A stretch of 64,000 nt of DNA from assembly GCA_028825115.1 (NCBI GenBank), contig JAPKAV010000002.1, positions 37,189 through 101,188 of the forward strand. Direction: 5' to 3'. This stretch comes from Candidatus Nanopelagicales bacterium (GTDB lineage: Bacteria > Actinomycetota > Actinomycetes > S36-B12). The notes beneath the pieces are model-generated. The model saw nothing but the letters and a program-made list of their open reading frames with translations, ran no database searches and was not told where the DNA came from. Numbering within the stretch: the first letter of the stretch is position 1; each line of letters begins with the position of its first letter. Made by a program: the position numbers and the translations under genes. Positions 9,907-21,590 of this stretch are shown in pieces.

Positions 9907-11754
9907 ATGGCTGACCCTTCGACCTACCGGCCCGCCACCGGGACGATCCCGGTAAGCCCGGGTGTGTATCGCTTCCGCGATCCACAAGGTCGGGTGGTGT
10001 ACGTGGGCAAAGCAATCAACCTTCGGTCACGACTGAACTCTTACTTTCAAGATTTCAGCGCCCTGCATCCACGAACTCAAAAGATGTTGACCACCGCCTC
10101 GAGTCTCGACTGGCTATCCGTAGGAAATGAAGTGGAAGCGCTTGTCCTGGAATACTCGTGGATTAAGGAATACTCCCCGCGGTTCAATGTTCGCTTTCGG
10201 GACGACAAAACGTACCCCTACTTGGCGGTGACCGTAGGTGAAGAGTACCCGCGGGTTGCGGTTGTTCGAGAAGCAAAGCGAAAAGGCACGCGTTACTTTG
10301 GGCCCTACACTCAAGTGTGGGCGATCAAGGCGACCCTTGAAGAGTTGATCCGAGTGTTTCCGGTTCGTTCGTGTCGTAACGGAGTGTTCAATCAGGCAAA
10401 GAGGAGCGGTCGCGCGTGTCTGCTGGGATATATCGAAAAATGTAGCGCTCCCTGCGTGGGTCGAATCTCAATTGAGGACTACAACGAACTCGTCAATCAA
10501 CTGATGCGATTCCTTAGTGGTCAAACCCGCGAGTTTGTCGATCAGATCACCCAACAGATGCAGAATGCGGCGCACAATGAGGATTTCGAGTCAGCAGCAA
10601 AGTGGCGCGACCGATTGGTTGCGTTGGAGAAAGTGCTGGAGAGAAACTCAGTGGTTTTCGAAGACTCAACGGACGCCGATCTTCTTGCATTTTATTTCGA
10701 CGAACTACACGTAGGTGTTCAGATAATTCACGTTCGGGTTGGGCGAATTACGGGTGAGCGGTTCTTCGTCGTGGAGCGGAACGAGGAACTTGACGAATCC
10801 GGATACGTTGAGCGCATTCTCACGCGAGTTTATTCCGATATCGCGACTGACGGGGTCCCTAAGGAGGTCCTTCTTTCGCATTTGCCGTCAAATGAAGCAG
10901 CGCTGGCCGATTGGCTAGTGGGTGAACGAGGGTCAAAAGTGGACCTGCGTGCACCTCAAAGGGGCGATAAGCGGGCGCTGATGGCGACGGCCATAGAAAA
11001 TTGTGAGCGGGCACTCACGAAGTCGAGACTTGAAAAGAGTGCTGATATAACCGTTCGCACACAGGCGCTCAATGACCTCCAAGACGTTCTCGGGCTACCC
11101 GAGCCGCCTCTTCGAATCGAATGTATCGATATTTCCACTCTGGCTGGGACGCAGACGGTGGGGTCACTGGTGGTATTTGAAGACGGACTGCCGAAAAAAT
11201 CTGACTACCGAAAATTCATCATTAAAGGTGACCGCAAAGATGACCTATCCAGTGTGTACGAAGTCGTGAGCAGGCGCTTCAAAGCACAGTCACCTCCGCA
11301 GGACTCACGCTTTGCTTACCAGCCGTCACTTCTGGTAATTGATGGAGCTGCCGGACAGGTGAAAGCGGCCGTGAACGCCCTCCGTGACCGTGGGGTTACC
11401 GTGCCGGTGGTTGGACTGGCGAAGAGACTTGAAGAAGTCTGGGTTGTCAACCAAGTGGATCCTATAATTTTTGCACGCAACAGCCCCGCGTTGCATTTAC
11501 TTCAACGGGTCCGTGATGAAGCGCACCGGGCAGCGATTTCACATCACAGACAGCGACGCAATTCCACATCGCTGCAGAGTCAACTAGACGAAATCCCAGG
11601 CGTTGGACCCGTAATGATCAAGGCGCTATTAAAAGCTTTCGGTTCTGTGAAGAAGGTGCGTGAGGCAAGTGCAGTGGGGCTGTCCGGTGTTCCAGGAGTT
11701 GGGGTAAAAACCGCCGAAGTAATCTGGAAGAGTTTGCATCCGGAAGGTTCTTGA
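9907..11754 (+). CDS. uvrC: excinuclease ABC subunit C
   Basis: 615 aa with an N-terminal GIY-YIG (GVYRFRD...VVYVGKA), a UVR motif (FESAAKWRDRLVALE) and a C-terminal HhH region. Confidence 0.96.
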   Translation: MADPSTYRPATGTIPVSPGVYRFRDPQGRVVYVGKAINLRSRLNSYFQDFSALHPRTQKMLTTASSLDWLSVGNEVEALVLEYSWIKEYSPRFNVRFRDDKTYPYLAVTVGEEYPRVAVVREAKRKGTRYFGPYTQVWAIKATLEELIRVFPVRSCRNGVFNQAKRSGRACLLGYIEKCSAPCVGRISIEDYNELVNQLMRFLSGQTREFVDQITQQMQNAAHNEDFESAAKWRDRLVALEKVLERNSVVFEDSTDADLLAFYFDELHVGVQIIHVRVGRITGERFFVVERNEELDESGYVERILTRVYSDIATDGVPKEVLLSHLPSNEAALADWLVGERGSKVDLRAPQRGDKRALMATAIENCERALTKSRLEKSADITVRTQALNDLQDVLGLPEPPLRIECIDISTLAGTQTVGSLVVFEDGLPKKSDYRKFIIKGDRKDDLSSVYEVVSRRFKAQSPPQDSRFAYQPSLLVIDGAAGQVKAAVNALRDRGVTVPVVGLAKRLEEVWVVNQVDPIIFARNSPALHLLQRVRDEAHRAAISHHRQRRNSTSLQSQLDEIPGVGPVMIKALLKAFGSVKKVREASAVGLSGVPGVGVKTAEVIWKSLHPEGS

Positions 11755-11820
11755 CAATCACGGTAACGTGGAGATCAGGATCTTAAAGATTGCCGTATTA
11801 CACATTGAGGAAGGGCCTTC

Positions 11821-12711
11821 ATGTCGGGTGCAGACTTGCAAGACTCAGAATTAATTGTACTCACCGGAATGAGTGGTGCCGGTCGCACGACGGCGGCGCG
11901 AGCACTCGAAGATGTCGGCTGGTTCGTTATCGACAATATCCCACCCACCTTGCTCTTGGAAGCTCTCGAGTTGGCGAGTGGCAGCTCCGATATCAAAAAG
12001 GTCGCAGTGGTGGTAGATACGCGCAGTCGGTCACTTTTCGCCCAACTACGCTCAGTAATGGCTGATTTGGCACGGCGCGTGGGCAGTGTGACGATAGTTT
12101 TCCTCGAAGCGACTGACGAAAGTTTGGTGCGACGTTTTGAGTCTTCGCGCAGGCCGCACCCACTGCAGAACGATGAAGGGTCCCTCGATCACCGAATAGT
12201 TGATGGGCTCGCACGTGAGCGTGAGATTTTGGGTGAAATTAGGGCAGTTGCAGATCTTGTTATTGATACGAGCTCGCTAAATATTCACGATCTACGACGT
12301 CGAATCGAAGCGGCATTTGATTCCGATGGGGAAAGTGATTTCCACATCACCGTGGTTTCATTTGGGTTCAAGTACGGAATCCCGGTGGATGCCGACATGG
12401 TTGCCGATGTTCGATTTTTGCCGAATCCGTATTGGGATGAAGATCTACGTCTGCTCACCGGCAGGGACCGGGCCGTATCCGAAAATGTGCTGCAGGGTTC
12501 CGGTGCACAAGTCTTTCTCACTCACTTTCAAGAGTTGCTCGGCACCATGCGTGAAGGTTATTTGCGTGAAGGAAAGAGGCTCGTCACAGTCGCGGTCGGG
12601 TGTACCGGCGGTAAGCACCGAAGTGTCGCTATGACGGAGGAACTCGCTGCCATGTTGGGTGAAAATGGTCACCGGGCGACGGTGTTTCATCGGGACCTTG
12701 GCCGTGAGTGA
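11821..12711 (+). CDS. rapZ: RNase adapter / nucleotide-binding protein RapZ
   Basis: 296 aa with Walker A GMSGAGRTT and the C-terminal GCTGGKHRSV motif. It sits in the conserved uvrC-rapZ-yvcK-whiA cluster. Confidence 0.92.
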   Translation: MSGADLQDSELIVLTGMSGAGRTTAARALEDVGWFVIDNIPPTLLLEALELASGSSDIKKVAVVVDTRSRSLFAQLRSVMADLARRVGSVTIVFLEATDESLVRRFESSRRPHPLQNDEGSLDHRIVDGLAREREILGEIRAVADLVIDTSSLNIHDLRRRIEAAFDSDGESDFHITVVSFGFKYGIPVDADMVADVRFLPNPYWDEDLRLLTGRDRAVSENVLQGSGAQVFLTHFQELLGTMREGYLREGKRLVTVAVGCTGGKHRSVAMTEELAAMLGENGHRATVFHRDLGRE

Positions 12712-13687
12712 ATCGAATTCACTAGGTCAAGTAGTCGCATTTGGTGGCGGACACGGATTGTTCGCCACGTTGCGCGCAGCCAGAGTGTTACTCGATGCGA
12801 ATGCAATAACGAACTTGACCGCCGTCGTGGGCGTCTCGGACGACGGTGGTTCCAGTGGGAGAATCCGGCAGGCATTCGACGTAGCCCCGCCCGGTGACCT
12901 TCGCATGGCTATTACAGCGTTATTGCCAAGCGGAACGATGGGGGATCGCATTGGTTCGGTTTTACAACATCGCTTTCCCAGTGGCGAAAGTGACAGTGGT
13001 CTCGAGGGTCATGTTGTCGGAAATGTGTTGCTTACGGCTCTATGGAACGGTGGCGCATCGACCCACGAGGGGCTTGATCTGCTGGGGTCATTCTTTGGAG
13101 TAAGGGGGAGAGTCCTTCCGTGTAGCGCTCAGGCGATCGACATAGTTGCTGAGATTGTTGGACTAGATCCCCAAGACCCTACAAGCTCCTCTGAAGTGTG
13201 TGGTCAAGTTGCTATTGCAACGACGAGCGGCCGCGTTGCCAATATTTGGATTGAACCAAATGATCCGCAGGCGAGTCAAGAGGCAGTACAGGCCATCGAC
13301 GAAGCAGAGATTCTAATTTTCGGTCCTGGGTCATGGTTCACCTCAGTCGTTCCTCCCTTGCTGGTGCCGGGCATACGGACGGCAGTAATCCAAAGTTCGG
13401 CGCGGCGGATTTTGATTATGAATTTATCCGAGCAGATTGGCGAAACAACCGGATTTACATCGGCTGATTACGTCAGGGCGTGGCTTGCGCTTTTTCCGGA
13501 TATTTCCTTAGACGGAATAATTTTTGACGTAGATCAAACTGAAGACTCATGGGAGTGCGAGCAGGCAGCGCAGAGCGTGGGCGCCAAGTCGTTTAGGATG
13601 AAGGTCGCCGTCCACACCGCAACGCACGATCCGGACAAGCTAGCCAATGCTTTGCGTTTTGTAGCGCAAGATTTAGGGAGTAAGTAA
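12704..13687 (+). CDS. yvcK: YvcK/CuvA family (UPF0052, CofD-like) gluconeogenesis/cell-shape factor
   Basis: FGGGHGL N-terminal motif. The likely GTG start at 12704 overlaps the rapZ stop by 8 nt (GTGAGTGA). The listed ORF from 12659 would overlap rapZ by 53 nt. Confidence 0.88.
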   Translation: MSESNSLGQVVAFGGGHGLFATLRAARVLLDANAITNLTAVVGVSDDGGSSGRIRQAFDVAPPGDLRMAITALLPSGTMGDRIGSVLQHRFPSGESDSGLEGHVVGNVLLTALWNGGASTHEGLDLLGSFFGVRGRVLPCSAQAIDIVAEIVGLDPQDPTSSSEVCGQVAIATTSGRVANIWIEPNDPQASQEAVQAIDEAEILIFGPGSWFTSVVPPLLVPGIRTAVIQSSARRILIMNLSEQIGETTGFTSADYVRAWLALFPDISLDGIIFDVDQTEDSWECEQAAQSVGAKSFRMKVAVHTATHDPDKLANALRFVAQDLGSK

Positions 13688-14667
13688 TGGCAATGACCTC
13701 TGCGGTGAAAGACGAACTCAGTAGGGTCGAGGTAACCAAGATGTGTTGCCGTAAGGCAGAGGTGTCGACAATGCTCAGGTTCGCGAGCGGGCTACACATC
13801 ATCAATCGAGCCATCGTTGTGGAAGCAGATCTTGATACCGGCTCTTCTGCTCGTCGGTTGCGCAAAGACATTTTTGAAATTTACGGTCATGACAGCGAAA
13901 TTGCGCTGGTGCAAGGAACGGGAATCCGTAAGGGTACTAGGTATTTAGTGCGAGTGGTGGTGGGTGGAGAGGCGCTCGCTCGCCAGACAGGAATTGTCGA
14001 CGCGAGTGGGCGACCAGTAAAGGGACTGCCGCCGGCGATTGTGGCTGGCGCTCTGTGTGACTGCGAATCGGCATGGCGCGCTGCTTTCCTGGCCCATGGA
14101 TCTTTAACCGAACCGGGCCGGTCGTCGTCTTTGGAAATCACTTGTCCTGGTCCTGAGTCCGCCCTTGCTCTCGTTGGGGCGGCGCGTCGTTTGGGAATTG
14201 CCGCTAAATCCCGCGAAGTCCGAGGGGTGGATCGAGTAGTGATCCGTGACGGGGACGCCATTGGAGCCATGTTGACCAAACTTGGGGCGCATGACGCCAT
14301 GATGGCTTGGGAAGAACGACGGATGCGTCGTGAAGTGCGGGCAACGGCCAACCGATTGGCAAATTTTGATGACGCTAATTTACGTCGCTCAGCGCGGGCC
14401 GCGGTTGCTGCAGGTGCGCGAGTGCAGCGAGCCTTAGAAATTTTGGGCGAGGAAATACCCGATCACCTCGTGGTAGCCGGACAACTTCGCATGCAGCATC
14501 AACAAGCAAGCTTGGAGGAACTCGGTGCCCTGAGTGATCCGCCGATGACCAAAGACGCGATTGCTGGGCGGATTCGGCGTTTGCTGGCTTTGGCAGACAA
14601 AAAGGCTCAAGAGATGGGGATTCCAGACACCGAAGCGACCGTCGCGCAGATTGAGGTTCAGCCGTAA
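13687..14667 (+). CDS. whiA: DNA-binding sporulation/cell-division regulator WhiA
   Basis: 326 aa with an N-terminal [17 protein letters not shown] pattern, a degenerate LAGLIDADG-like core and a C-terminal HTH. Its ATG overlaps the yvcK TAA by 1 nt. Confidence 0.93.
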   Translation: MAMTSAVKDELSRVEVTKMCCRKAEVSTMLRFASGLHIINRAIVVEADLDTGSSARRLRKDIFEIYGHDSEIALVQGTGIRKGTRYLVRVVVGGEALARQTGIVDASGRPVKGLPPAIVAGALCDCESAWRAAFLAHGSLTEPGRSSSLEITCPGPESALALVGAARRLGIAAKSREVRGVDRVVIRDGDAIGAMLTKLGAHDAMMAWEERRMRREVRATANRLANFDDANLRRSARAAVAAGARVQRALEILGEEIPDHLVVAGQLRMQHQQASLEELGALSDPPMTKDAIAGRIRRLLALADKKAQEMGIPDTEATVAQIEVQP

Positions 14668-14775
14668 CATTTCGGTAACTTGGAATCCACTATATTTGTG
14701 TCCTAGAACACATTCATCCGCAGAATCGCGCACAGTGGTTTAGACGGCGTCACACAGCAATATATTGAGGAGTAA

Positions 14776-15776
<1,001 letters not shown>

Positions 15777-15777
<1 letters not shown>

Positions 15778-16967
15778 TGCGCACTTTGCACGAGCTTGAT
15801 CTGTCAGATTCGACGGTTGCCCTTCGCTGCGATTTCAATGTTCCACTTAACGAAGAAGGCGAGATCACCGATGACTTGCGGATAGTTGCAGGACTTCCCA
15901 CGATTCGCGCATTGCGTGAATCGGGCTCACGGGTTGTGATTCTCGCGCACCTTGGTCGTCCTGAGGGTGTTCCGGTTGCCGGATTAACCCTTGCCCCCGT
16001 TGCCCGTCGATTGTCGGAATTGTTGGGAGTGCCGGTGGATTTTTCGGCTGAGACTCGCTCAGATCCCGACGTAATTGACATCCTCACATCGGGTCAAGTC
16101 GCTTTACTTGAAAACGTGCGTTTTGATCCACGGGAAACCAGCAAAGATTCTGCTGCCCGACTCGAGTTGGCTCACACCTGGGCCAAATGGGCTGATGCCT
16201 ACGTCAGTGACGGCTTTGGGGTCGTGCATAGAGAGCAAGCGTCTGTTACCGAATTGGCGTCACTGGTTCCTAATGCCGCTGGACTACTGGTCGCGCGCGA
16301 GAGCGAAGTGTTTGAACAGCTTCTCGAAAGAGCAGAGCGGCCCTACACCGTGATTCTGGGTGGGAGCAAAGTGGGTGACAAACTTGGGGTGATCGAGTCG
16401 TTACTTGCTAGGGTCGACAATTTACTTATTGGTGGCGGGATGGCTTACACATTTTTGCTGTCTTTGGGCTTGGAAATTGGTAAATCTATTTCCCAACCGG
16501 GTTTTGTGGATGCCGCGCACGGATTTCTCATCCAGGCGCAAGATCTTGGTGTGAATTTGAGACTTCCGGTGGACTTTGTAGTCGCTGATCGATTTGCGCC
16601 TGACGCCGTTACTGCAATCGTGGATCGGGGCTCGATTCCGGCCAGTCACATGGGTCTGGACATCGGTCCGCGGACTCGTGAGCAATACGCCGAGATCATT
16701 GGGGACTCGGCCACAATCATCTGGAATGGACCAATGGGGGTGTTCGAGATGGAAGCCTTTTCCGGTGGCACACTGGCGGTGGCTCGTGCAATGGCCGATT
16801 CACAGGGATTCACGGTGATCGGTGGGGGAGACTCAGCTGCAGCCGTTCGGATTCTCGAGGTTGATCACAACAAATTTGACCATATCAGCACTGGTGGAGG
16901 TGCCGGCCTAGAATTCCTTGAAGGCAAGAATCTCCCCGGTCTCACCGTATTGGAAGGTAGTAAATAG
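15777..16967 (+). CDS. pgk: phosphoglycerate kinase
   Basis: 396 aa with R(C)DFNVPL, ILAHLGRP and IIGGGDSAAAV motifs. Its GTG start overlaps the gap stop by 1 nt. Confidence 0.96.
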
Positions 16968-17765
16968 ATGGCACAGAGTGATCCGCGGATGCCGCTCATG
17001 GCGGGCAATTGGAAAATGAACATTAATCACTTCGAGGCCATCGCTTTAGTTCAAAAGTTGGCGTTTGCACTCAATGAAGATGATTTTGAGGCGGTGGATG
17101 TGGCCGTGCTCCCACCGTTCACGGACTTGAGATCGGTACAAACACTCATTCTCGGCGATAAATACGATATCAAATACGGAGGTCAGGACCTCTCGCCTCA
17201 CGAGAAGGGTGCCCATACCGGGGATACTTCTGGCGCCATGTTGGCCAAATTGGGCTGTGCCTTTGTTCTGACTGGACATAGCGAGCGTCGGGCTAACCAC
17301 GGGGAAAGCAGCGAAGTCGTTAATGCCAAGACCCAGGCCGCTTTGGCAAATGCGTTGATCCCCATCGTGTGTGTGGGCGAATCCCTTGAAATCCGTAAAG
17401 CTGGTAACACAATCGAATTCGTGCTCGAGCAGGTTTCCCAGTCTCTCGCTGGCCTTAGTGACGAGGCGATCGGTGAACTGGTAATCGCCTACGAACCGGT
17501 GTGGGCCATTGGAACCGGCGTTGTCGCAACGCCAGCGGACGCCCAGCAGGTGTGCTCGGCAATCAGGCAGCACGTGAGTGAGCAGTGGAGTTCAGAAGCG
17601 TCCAATGGCGTTCGCATCCTCTATGGTGGCTCAGTAAAGGCAGATAACGCAGCTGCGATCATGGCCCAGACGGACGTCGACGGAGCGCTCGTAGGGGGAG
17701 CTAGCTTGGACTCCGATGAATTTGTGGGGATTATCCGATACCGGATGCACCCGGCCGACCTGTAA
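16968..17765 (+). CDS. tpiA: triose-phosphate isomerase
   Basis: MAGNWKMN start, a GHSERR motif, and the catalytic loop [12 protein letters not shown]. It starts immediately after the pgk stop. Confidence 0.96.
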   Translation: MAQSDPRMPLMAGNWKMNINHFEAIALVQKLAFALNEDDFEAVDVAVLPPFTDLRSVQTLILGDKYDIKYGGQDLSPHEKGAHTGDTSGAMLAKLGCAFVLTGHSERRANHGESSEVVNAKTQAALANALIPIVCVGESLEIRKAGNTIEFVLEQVSQSLAGLSDEAIGELVIAYEPVWAIGTGVVATPADAQQVCSAIRQHVSEQWSSEASNGVRILYGGSVKADNAAAIMAQTDVDGALVGGASLDSDEFVGIIRYRMHPADL

Positions 17766-17829
17766 GTCCCTGTTGGGCATATCCTAAAGGCGGTGTTTCG
17801 CCCCGTAATCGAAAGGTCTGAACCAGGTA

Positions 17830-18075
17830 ATGCTTAATGTCTTAACCATCGCGCTTGCCGTGATTTTGATCATCACCAGCGTTCTACTCATCGTCCTCAT
17901 TTTGTTGCACCGCGGTAAAGGTGGCGGTCTATCAGACCTGTTTGGTGGCGGGGTGAGTTCCTCGGTCGGCGGTTCGTCGGTGGCGGAAAAGAACCTGGAC
18001 CGGTTGACAGTTGGGCTCGGACTAATCTGGGCCGCATCGATCGTTGCCGTCGGTCTCCTTGTGCGTACCGGTTGA
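17830..18075 (+). CDS. secG: preprotein translocase subunit SecG
   Basis: 81 aa with two TM helices flanking a Gly-rich loop (GKGGGLSDLFGGG). It holds the conserved position after tpiA. Confidence 0.88.
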   Translation: MLNVLTIALAVILIITSVLLIVLILLHRGKGGGLSDLFGGGVSSSVGGSSVAEKNLDRLTVGLGLIWAASIVAVGLLVRTG

Positions 18076-18124
18076 TCGCAGCATTCGAACTTACTTGTAA
18101 TCAGATCTCTTAGAGGAGTTAATC

Positions 18125-18457
18125 ATGGCTGGTGGAAGTGCAATTCGAGGTAGTCGAGTGGGTGCAGGCCCAATGGGTGAGGCTGTCCGGGGAGAGGCGG
18201 CGCCTCGTATTTTTGTGTCGTTCTGGTGCAGTCGTGCACACGAGTCAAAGCCCAGCTTTGCCCTTGAAGCAGAAGTGCCTGAAACATGGGACTGTCCACG
18301 TTGCGGCCTCCCTGCAGGACCCGACAAAGAAAATCCGCCGATTCCACCCAAAGTTGAGCCGTACAAGACTCACCTGGCCTATGTAAAAGAGCGACGCACC
18401 GAGAAAGACGGGGCGGCAATCCTTCAAGAGGCAATCGATAAGTTACACGGGAAATAG
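18125..18457 (+). CDS. RbpA-family RNA polymerase-binding protein (secG-linked paralogue)
   Basis: 110 aa with RGSRVG at the N-terminus, C-x3-H ... C-x2-C (WCSRAH...CPRCG), and a C-terminal THLAYVKERR segment parallel to the RbpA sigma-interaction helix. Confidence 0.8.
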   Translation: MAGGSAIRGSRVGAGPMGEAVRGEAAPRIFVSFWCSRAHESKPSFALEAEVPETWDCPRCGLPAGPDKENPPIPPKVEPYKTHLAYVKERRTEKDGAAILQEAIDKLHGK

Positions 18458-19153
18458 TTGGTCTGTGAGGGCATAAACCTTCACAGCCTCGATTCCGCGG
18501 GCGGGCGTGCTTTCAATTGAACCGCGGGAATCCATAATAGAGGCTAGTGCGTCTCGTTTTTTTTCCCCACCTACAAGTAGCAGCGTGCAGTATGAATGGT
18601 TCAACGTCTGGTAGCTCATTGTGACCCGAACCGGCGGTGGCTTAGGAGAATCCAGTACAGGTAGCGCGATCTCATGTGAATGCAGCTCCGGGCGCCGGGG
18701 AAATAAAGATGCAATATGCCCATCCGGACCGACACCCAAGACTACAAAACAGAATTGCGGTGGTGATCCATTTACACCAAAATTCAACAACTCGTGCATG
18801 TATCGGTCAGCGGAGCTTTGGGCATCGGCAACGCGATCACTCGGGGTCACCCGATGAATATTTGATTCGATGAAATAATCTCCCAGGGCGCTGTTGATGT
18901 CACGGTCATTGCGGTCAGCGTGATCGGATGCTACAAATCTTTCATCGCCCCACCAAAAATGTGTAGCCGCCCACACGTCCTTGGGAATGCTCTTCGCGAC
19001 TTGTGAAAGCTTACGCGTAATTGACATTCCGGCGCTACCGCCGGTGAGCACGACGTGGCGAGACCGCGAAGGATCGGTGTCGACCAACTTCTGGGTAAGC
19101 ATTGCCAGCGTCTGATCCACCAAGTCGTCACAGACGAGGAGTTCAGGAATCAC
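18443..19153 (-). CDS. pgl: 6-phosphogluconolactonase
   Basis: 236 aa with LTGGS and GVGPDGHIASLFP motifs. Its GTG start overlaps the opcA stop (GTGA). It belongs to the tkt-tal-zwf-opcA-pgl operon. Confidence 0.93.
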   Translation of the reverse strand: MIPELLVCDDLVDQTLAMLTQKLVDTDPSRSRHVVLTGGSAGMSITRKLSQVAKSIPKDVWAATHFWWGDERFVASDHADRNDRDINSALGDYFIESNIHRVTPSDRVADAQSSADRYMHELLNFGVNGSPPQFCFVVLGVGPDGHIASLFPRRPELHSHEIALPVLDSPKPPPVRVTMSYQTLNHSYCTLLLVGGEKKRDALASIMDSRGSIESTPARGIEAVKVYALTDQLFPV

Positions 19154-20055
19154 AGGCTCACCCCGGCGTAGGTACGGATGACACGTCCGTACACCTCATC
19201 TGGGTTGAGTCGACGAAGCTCCTCATTGAGCAAGGTGGTCAGATCTCGCCGAGGAAGTGAGATGAGTGCATCGGGCACGCCACTACGAACAAGTGTTGCC
19301 GTTACCCCATCAGGCCGAGTGATAGCCATCTCACCGTTACTCGTTGACAGGTGAAGCGATTGAATTCCTGATTGATCTGTCCACTCAATATTCACGCTAG
19401 TTTTAAGCCGGATCTGGAGCCACGTGGCCAGCAAAGCAGCACTGGGATTATCGCATTCGGCGGTGATGGTTCCACCAGAGACTGCACCGGTGGGTTGATC
19501 AAATGCGGCAGCCAAGATGGAGCGCCACGGGGTCAGCCGCGACCACGCCAAATCAGTATCTCCAGGGCGGTATCCGCGTCCACGTTGGACTAAGTCAGCA
19601 AGTGGATCAGAACTGTTGGCTGTATCGGTGATCCGCCGTTGTGCGTGGCGCCCGATTGCGCTGTCCGCAGGTACATCCGGTGCGCTAACGGGCCAAAATG
19701 CTACTACGGGCGTGTCCGACAGGAGGAGTGGAATCACGACGGAGTTCGCGTGTTCGGCCAACTCCCCCCTTAATCGCAGAACGGCGACTTCGCCTGGTCC
19801 GTCGTCACCACCGACAGCGATCTCCGCATCCAGTGTGTGCCCACCGCCACCTGGTTTGGGAATCACGGTGACAATGCGCATGGGATGCTGGCGGGCAGCA
19901 AAAACCGCACCCGAAGTTGCATCAGACTGGTGCTCCTCGTCGGTGAGGATCAGCATGGTCAGCACCATGCCCGTTGCTGTTGACCCTTGCCGGTGTCGTT
20001 CAAACAAGATTGCCGCGGCCACAGCCCCACCGCTGGTGTCTTCTAAACGGATCAT
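19150..20055 (-). CDS. opcA: glucose-6-phosphate dehydrogenase assembly protein OpcA
   Basis: Conserved position between zwf and pgl. ATG 20055 has GGAGG 6 nt upstream and overlaps the zwf stop (ATGA). The listed TTG at 20067 is less likely. Confidence 0.88.
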   Translation of the reverse strand: MIRLEDTSGGAVAAAILFERHRQGSTATGMVLTMLILTDEEHQSDATSGAVFAARQHPMRIVTVIPKPGGGGHTLDAEIAVGGDDGPGEVAVLRLRGELAEHANSVVIPLLLSDTPVVAFWPVSAPDVPADSAIGRHAQRRITDTANSSDPLADLVQRGRGYRPGDTDLAWSRLTPWRSILAAAFDQPTGAVSGGTITAECDNPSAALLATWLQIRLKTSVNIEWTDQSGIQSLHLSTSNGEMAITRPDGVTATLVRSGVPDALISLPRRDLTTLLNEELRRLNPDEVYGRVIRTYAGVSL

Positions 20056-21590
20056 GGTCGCCTCCAAGTGCGCCCATCACAGGCAATCATGTGATCGGAG
20101 GACGCTGGACCCCAACCGCCGGATGCATATTGCTCCGGTTCCCCGCGGCTATCCCAATGTTCAAGAATCGGGTCTAGGATCTTCCAGCTCAGTTCCACCT
20201 CTTCATGGTGCGGGAAAAGAGGCGGATCACCGAGAAGAACATCGAGAATGAGTCTTTCATAAGCCTCAGGGCTGGTGTCGACAAATGAGTCGCCGTACTG
20301 AAAGTCCATTGTCACATCGCGCACTTGAATTGAACTCGTGTCGGGGACTTTTGAGCCAAAACGGACCGTCACGCCCTCATCAGGTTGGATTCGGAACACG
20401 AGGGTGTTATTACTGAGCTCTTCGACCGAAGACGAGTCGAAGGGTAGGTGCGGTGCACGCTTAAAAATTATAGCGACTTCGGTGACTCTTCGTCCAAGCC
20501 GCTTGCCGGTGCGTAAGTAGAACGGAACACCAGCCCACCTGCGGTTTTCTACGTTAAGGCGCATGGCCGCGAACGTGTCGGTGGTTGAGTCCGCAGCGAT
20601 CCCAACCTCCTCCAGAAAACCGCCTACCGGAACGCCGCCCTGCCATCCACTCGCGTACTGGCCGCGTGAAGTGTGTGCGTCAATGTCAGCGGGGACAGTC
20701 ACCGCGCGCAACGCCTTCTCCTTCTCGGCTCGGACGTCGTCCGCGCTAAACGAAAGTGGTTCCTCCATGGCGGTGAGCGCTAGCAGTTGCAAGAGGTGGT
20801 TTTGAATCACATCGCGGGCTGCGCCGATCCCGTCGTAGTAACCGGCGCGACCACCGATCCCGATATCTTCGGCCATAGTGATCTGCACGTTGTCAACATA
20901 ATTGTTGTTCCAGAGGGGTTCAAACATCGCGTTGGCGAATCGGACCGCCAAAATATTCTGAACGGTCTCTTTTCCCAAATAGTGGTCGATACGAAAGACA
21001 CTGCCCGCCGGGAAGACACTGTCCACCAGTCGATTGAGCCTTTGAGCGCTTTCCAGATTGTGACCAAAGGGTTTTTCGATAACGACCCGGCGCCAGGAAC
21101 TAGGTGTGGGGCTATTCGCCAGTCCCGAACTTTCTAGGTTCTTCAGGACGTCTGGGAATAAGCCAGGTGGGATAGACAGATAAAAGGCGTGGTTGCCTTG
21201 CGTCCCCACGTTGTGATCTAGTTCAGCGACCACTTCTGCGATTCGCTCGTACCCAGAAGGGTCAGCGACGTCGCCGTCGACGAAACGAATTCCGGCTGCC
21301 AGTTGCTTCCATGTGTCTTCACGAAAGGGTGTCCGAGCATGTTCTTTCACGGCGTCGTGCACGACCTTGGCGAAATCCTGATCCGCCCAGTCGCGACGGG
21401 CGAACCCAACAAGGGCGAATCCTGGTGGCAGTAGCCCTCGATTGGCGAGGTCATAGATTGCTGGCATTATCTTCTTGCGACTGAGGTCACCCGTCACTCC
21501 AAAAAGTATGAGTGCACACGGTCCGGCAATGCGAGGAAGGCGCTGATCCTCGGGATCACGCAGTGGGTTGAGGTATTCGGGTTTAGGCAC
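20052..21590 (-). CDS. zwf: glucose-6-phosphate dehydrogenase
   Basis: [15 protein letters not shown] motif and RIDHYLGKE catalytic motif. GTG 21590 gives 512 aa and an 8-nt overlap with the tal stop. The listed extension to 21770 lies inside tal and is rejected. Confidence 0.95.
   Translation of the reverse strand: MPKPEYLNPLRDPEDQRLPRIAGPCALILFGVTGDLSRKKIMPAIYDLANRGLLPPGFALVGFARRDWADQDFAKVVHDAVKEHARTPFREDTWKQLAAGIRFVDGDVADPSGYERIAEVVAELDHNVGTQGNHAFYLSIPPGLFPDVLKNLESSGLANSPTPSSWRRVVIEKPFGHNLESAQRLNRLVDSVFPAGSVFRIDHYLGKETVQNILAVRFANAMFEPLWNNNYVDNVQITMAEDIGIGGRAGYYDGIGAARDVIQNHLLQLLALTAMEEPLSFSADDVRAEKEKALRAVTVPADIDAHTSRGQYASGWQGGVPVGGFLEEVGIAADSTTDTFAAMRLNVENRRWAGVPFYLRTGKRLGRRVTEVAIIFKRAPHLPFDSSSVEELSNNTLVFRIQPDEGVTVRFGSKVPDTSSIQVRDVTMDFQYGDSFVDTSPEAYERLILDVLLGDPPLFPHHEEVELSWKILDPILEHWDSRGEPEQYASGGWGPASSDHMIACDGRTWRRP

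Noticed and set aside
19517-20251. Long antisense ORFs opposite well-supported genes. Examples: 19517..20251 opposite opcA/zwf, 33218..33886 opposite sufS, 17046..17573 opposite tpiA, 26840..27349 opposite the ABC permease, 50104..50826 opposite gcvP, 13887..14351 opposite whiA.
   Set aside because: Their products are low-complexity, Arg/Pro/Ser-rich sequences with no recognisable motifs. They lie entirely within genes with strong family signatures on the other strand. These are typical shadow ORFs of moderately GC-rich DNA.
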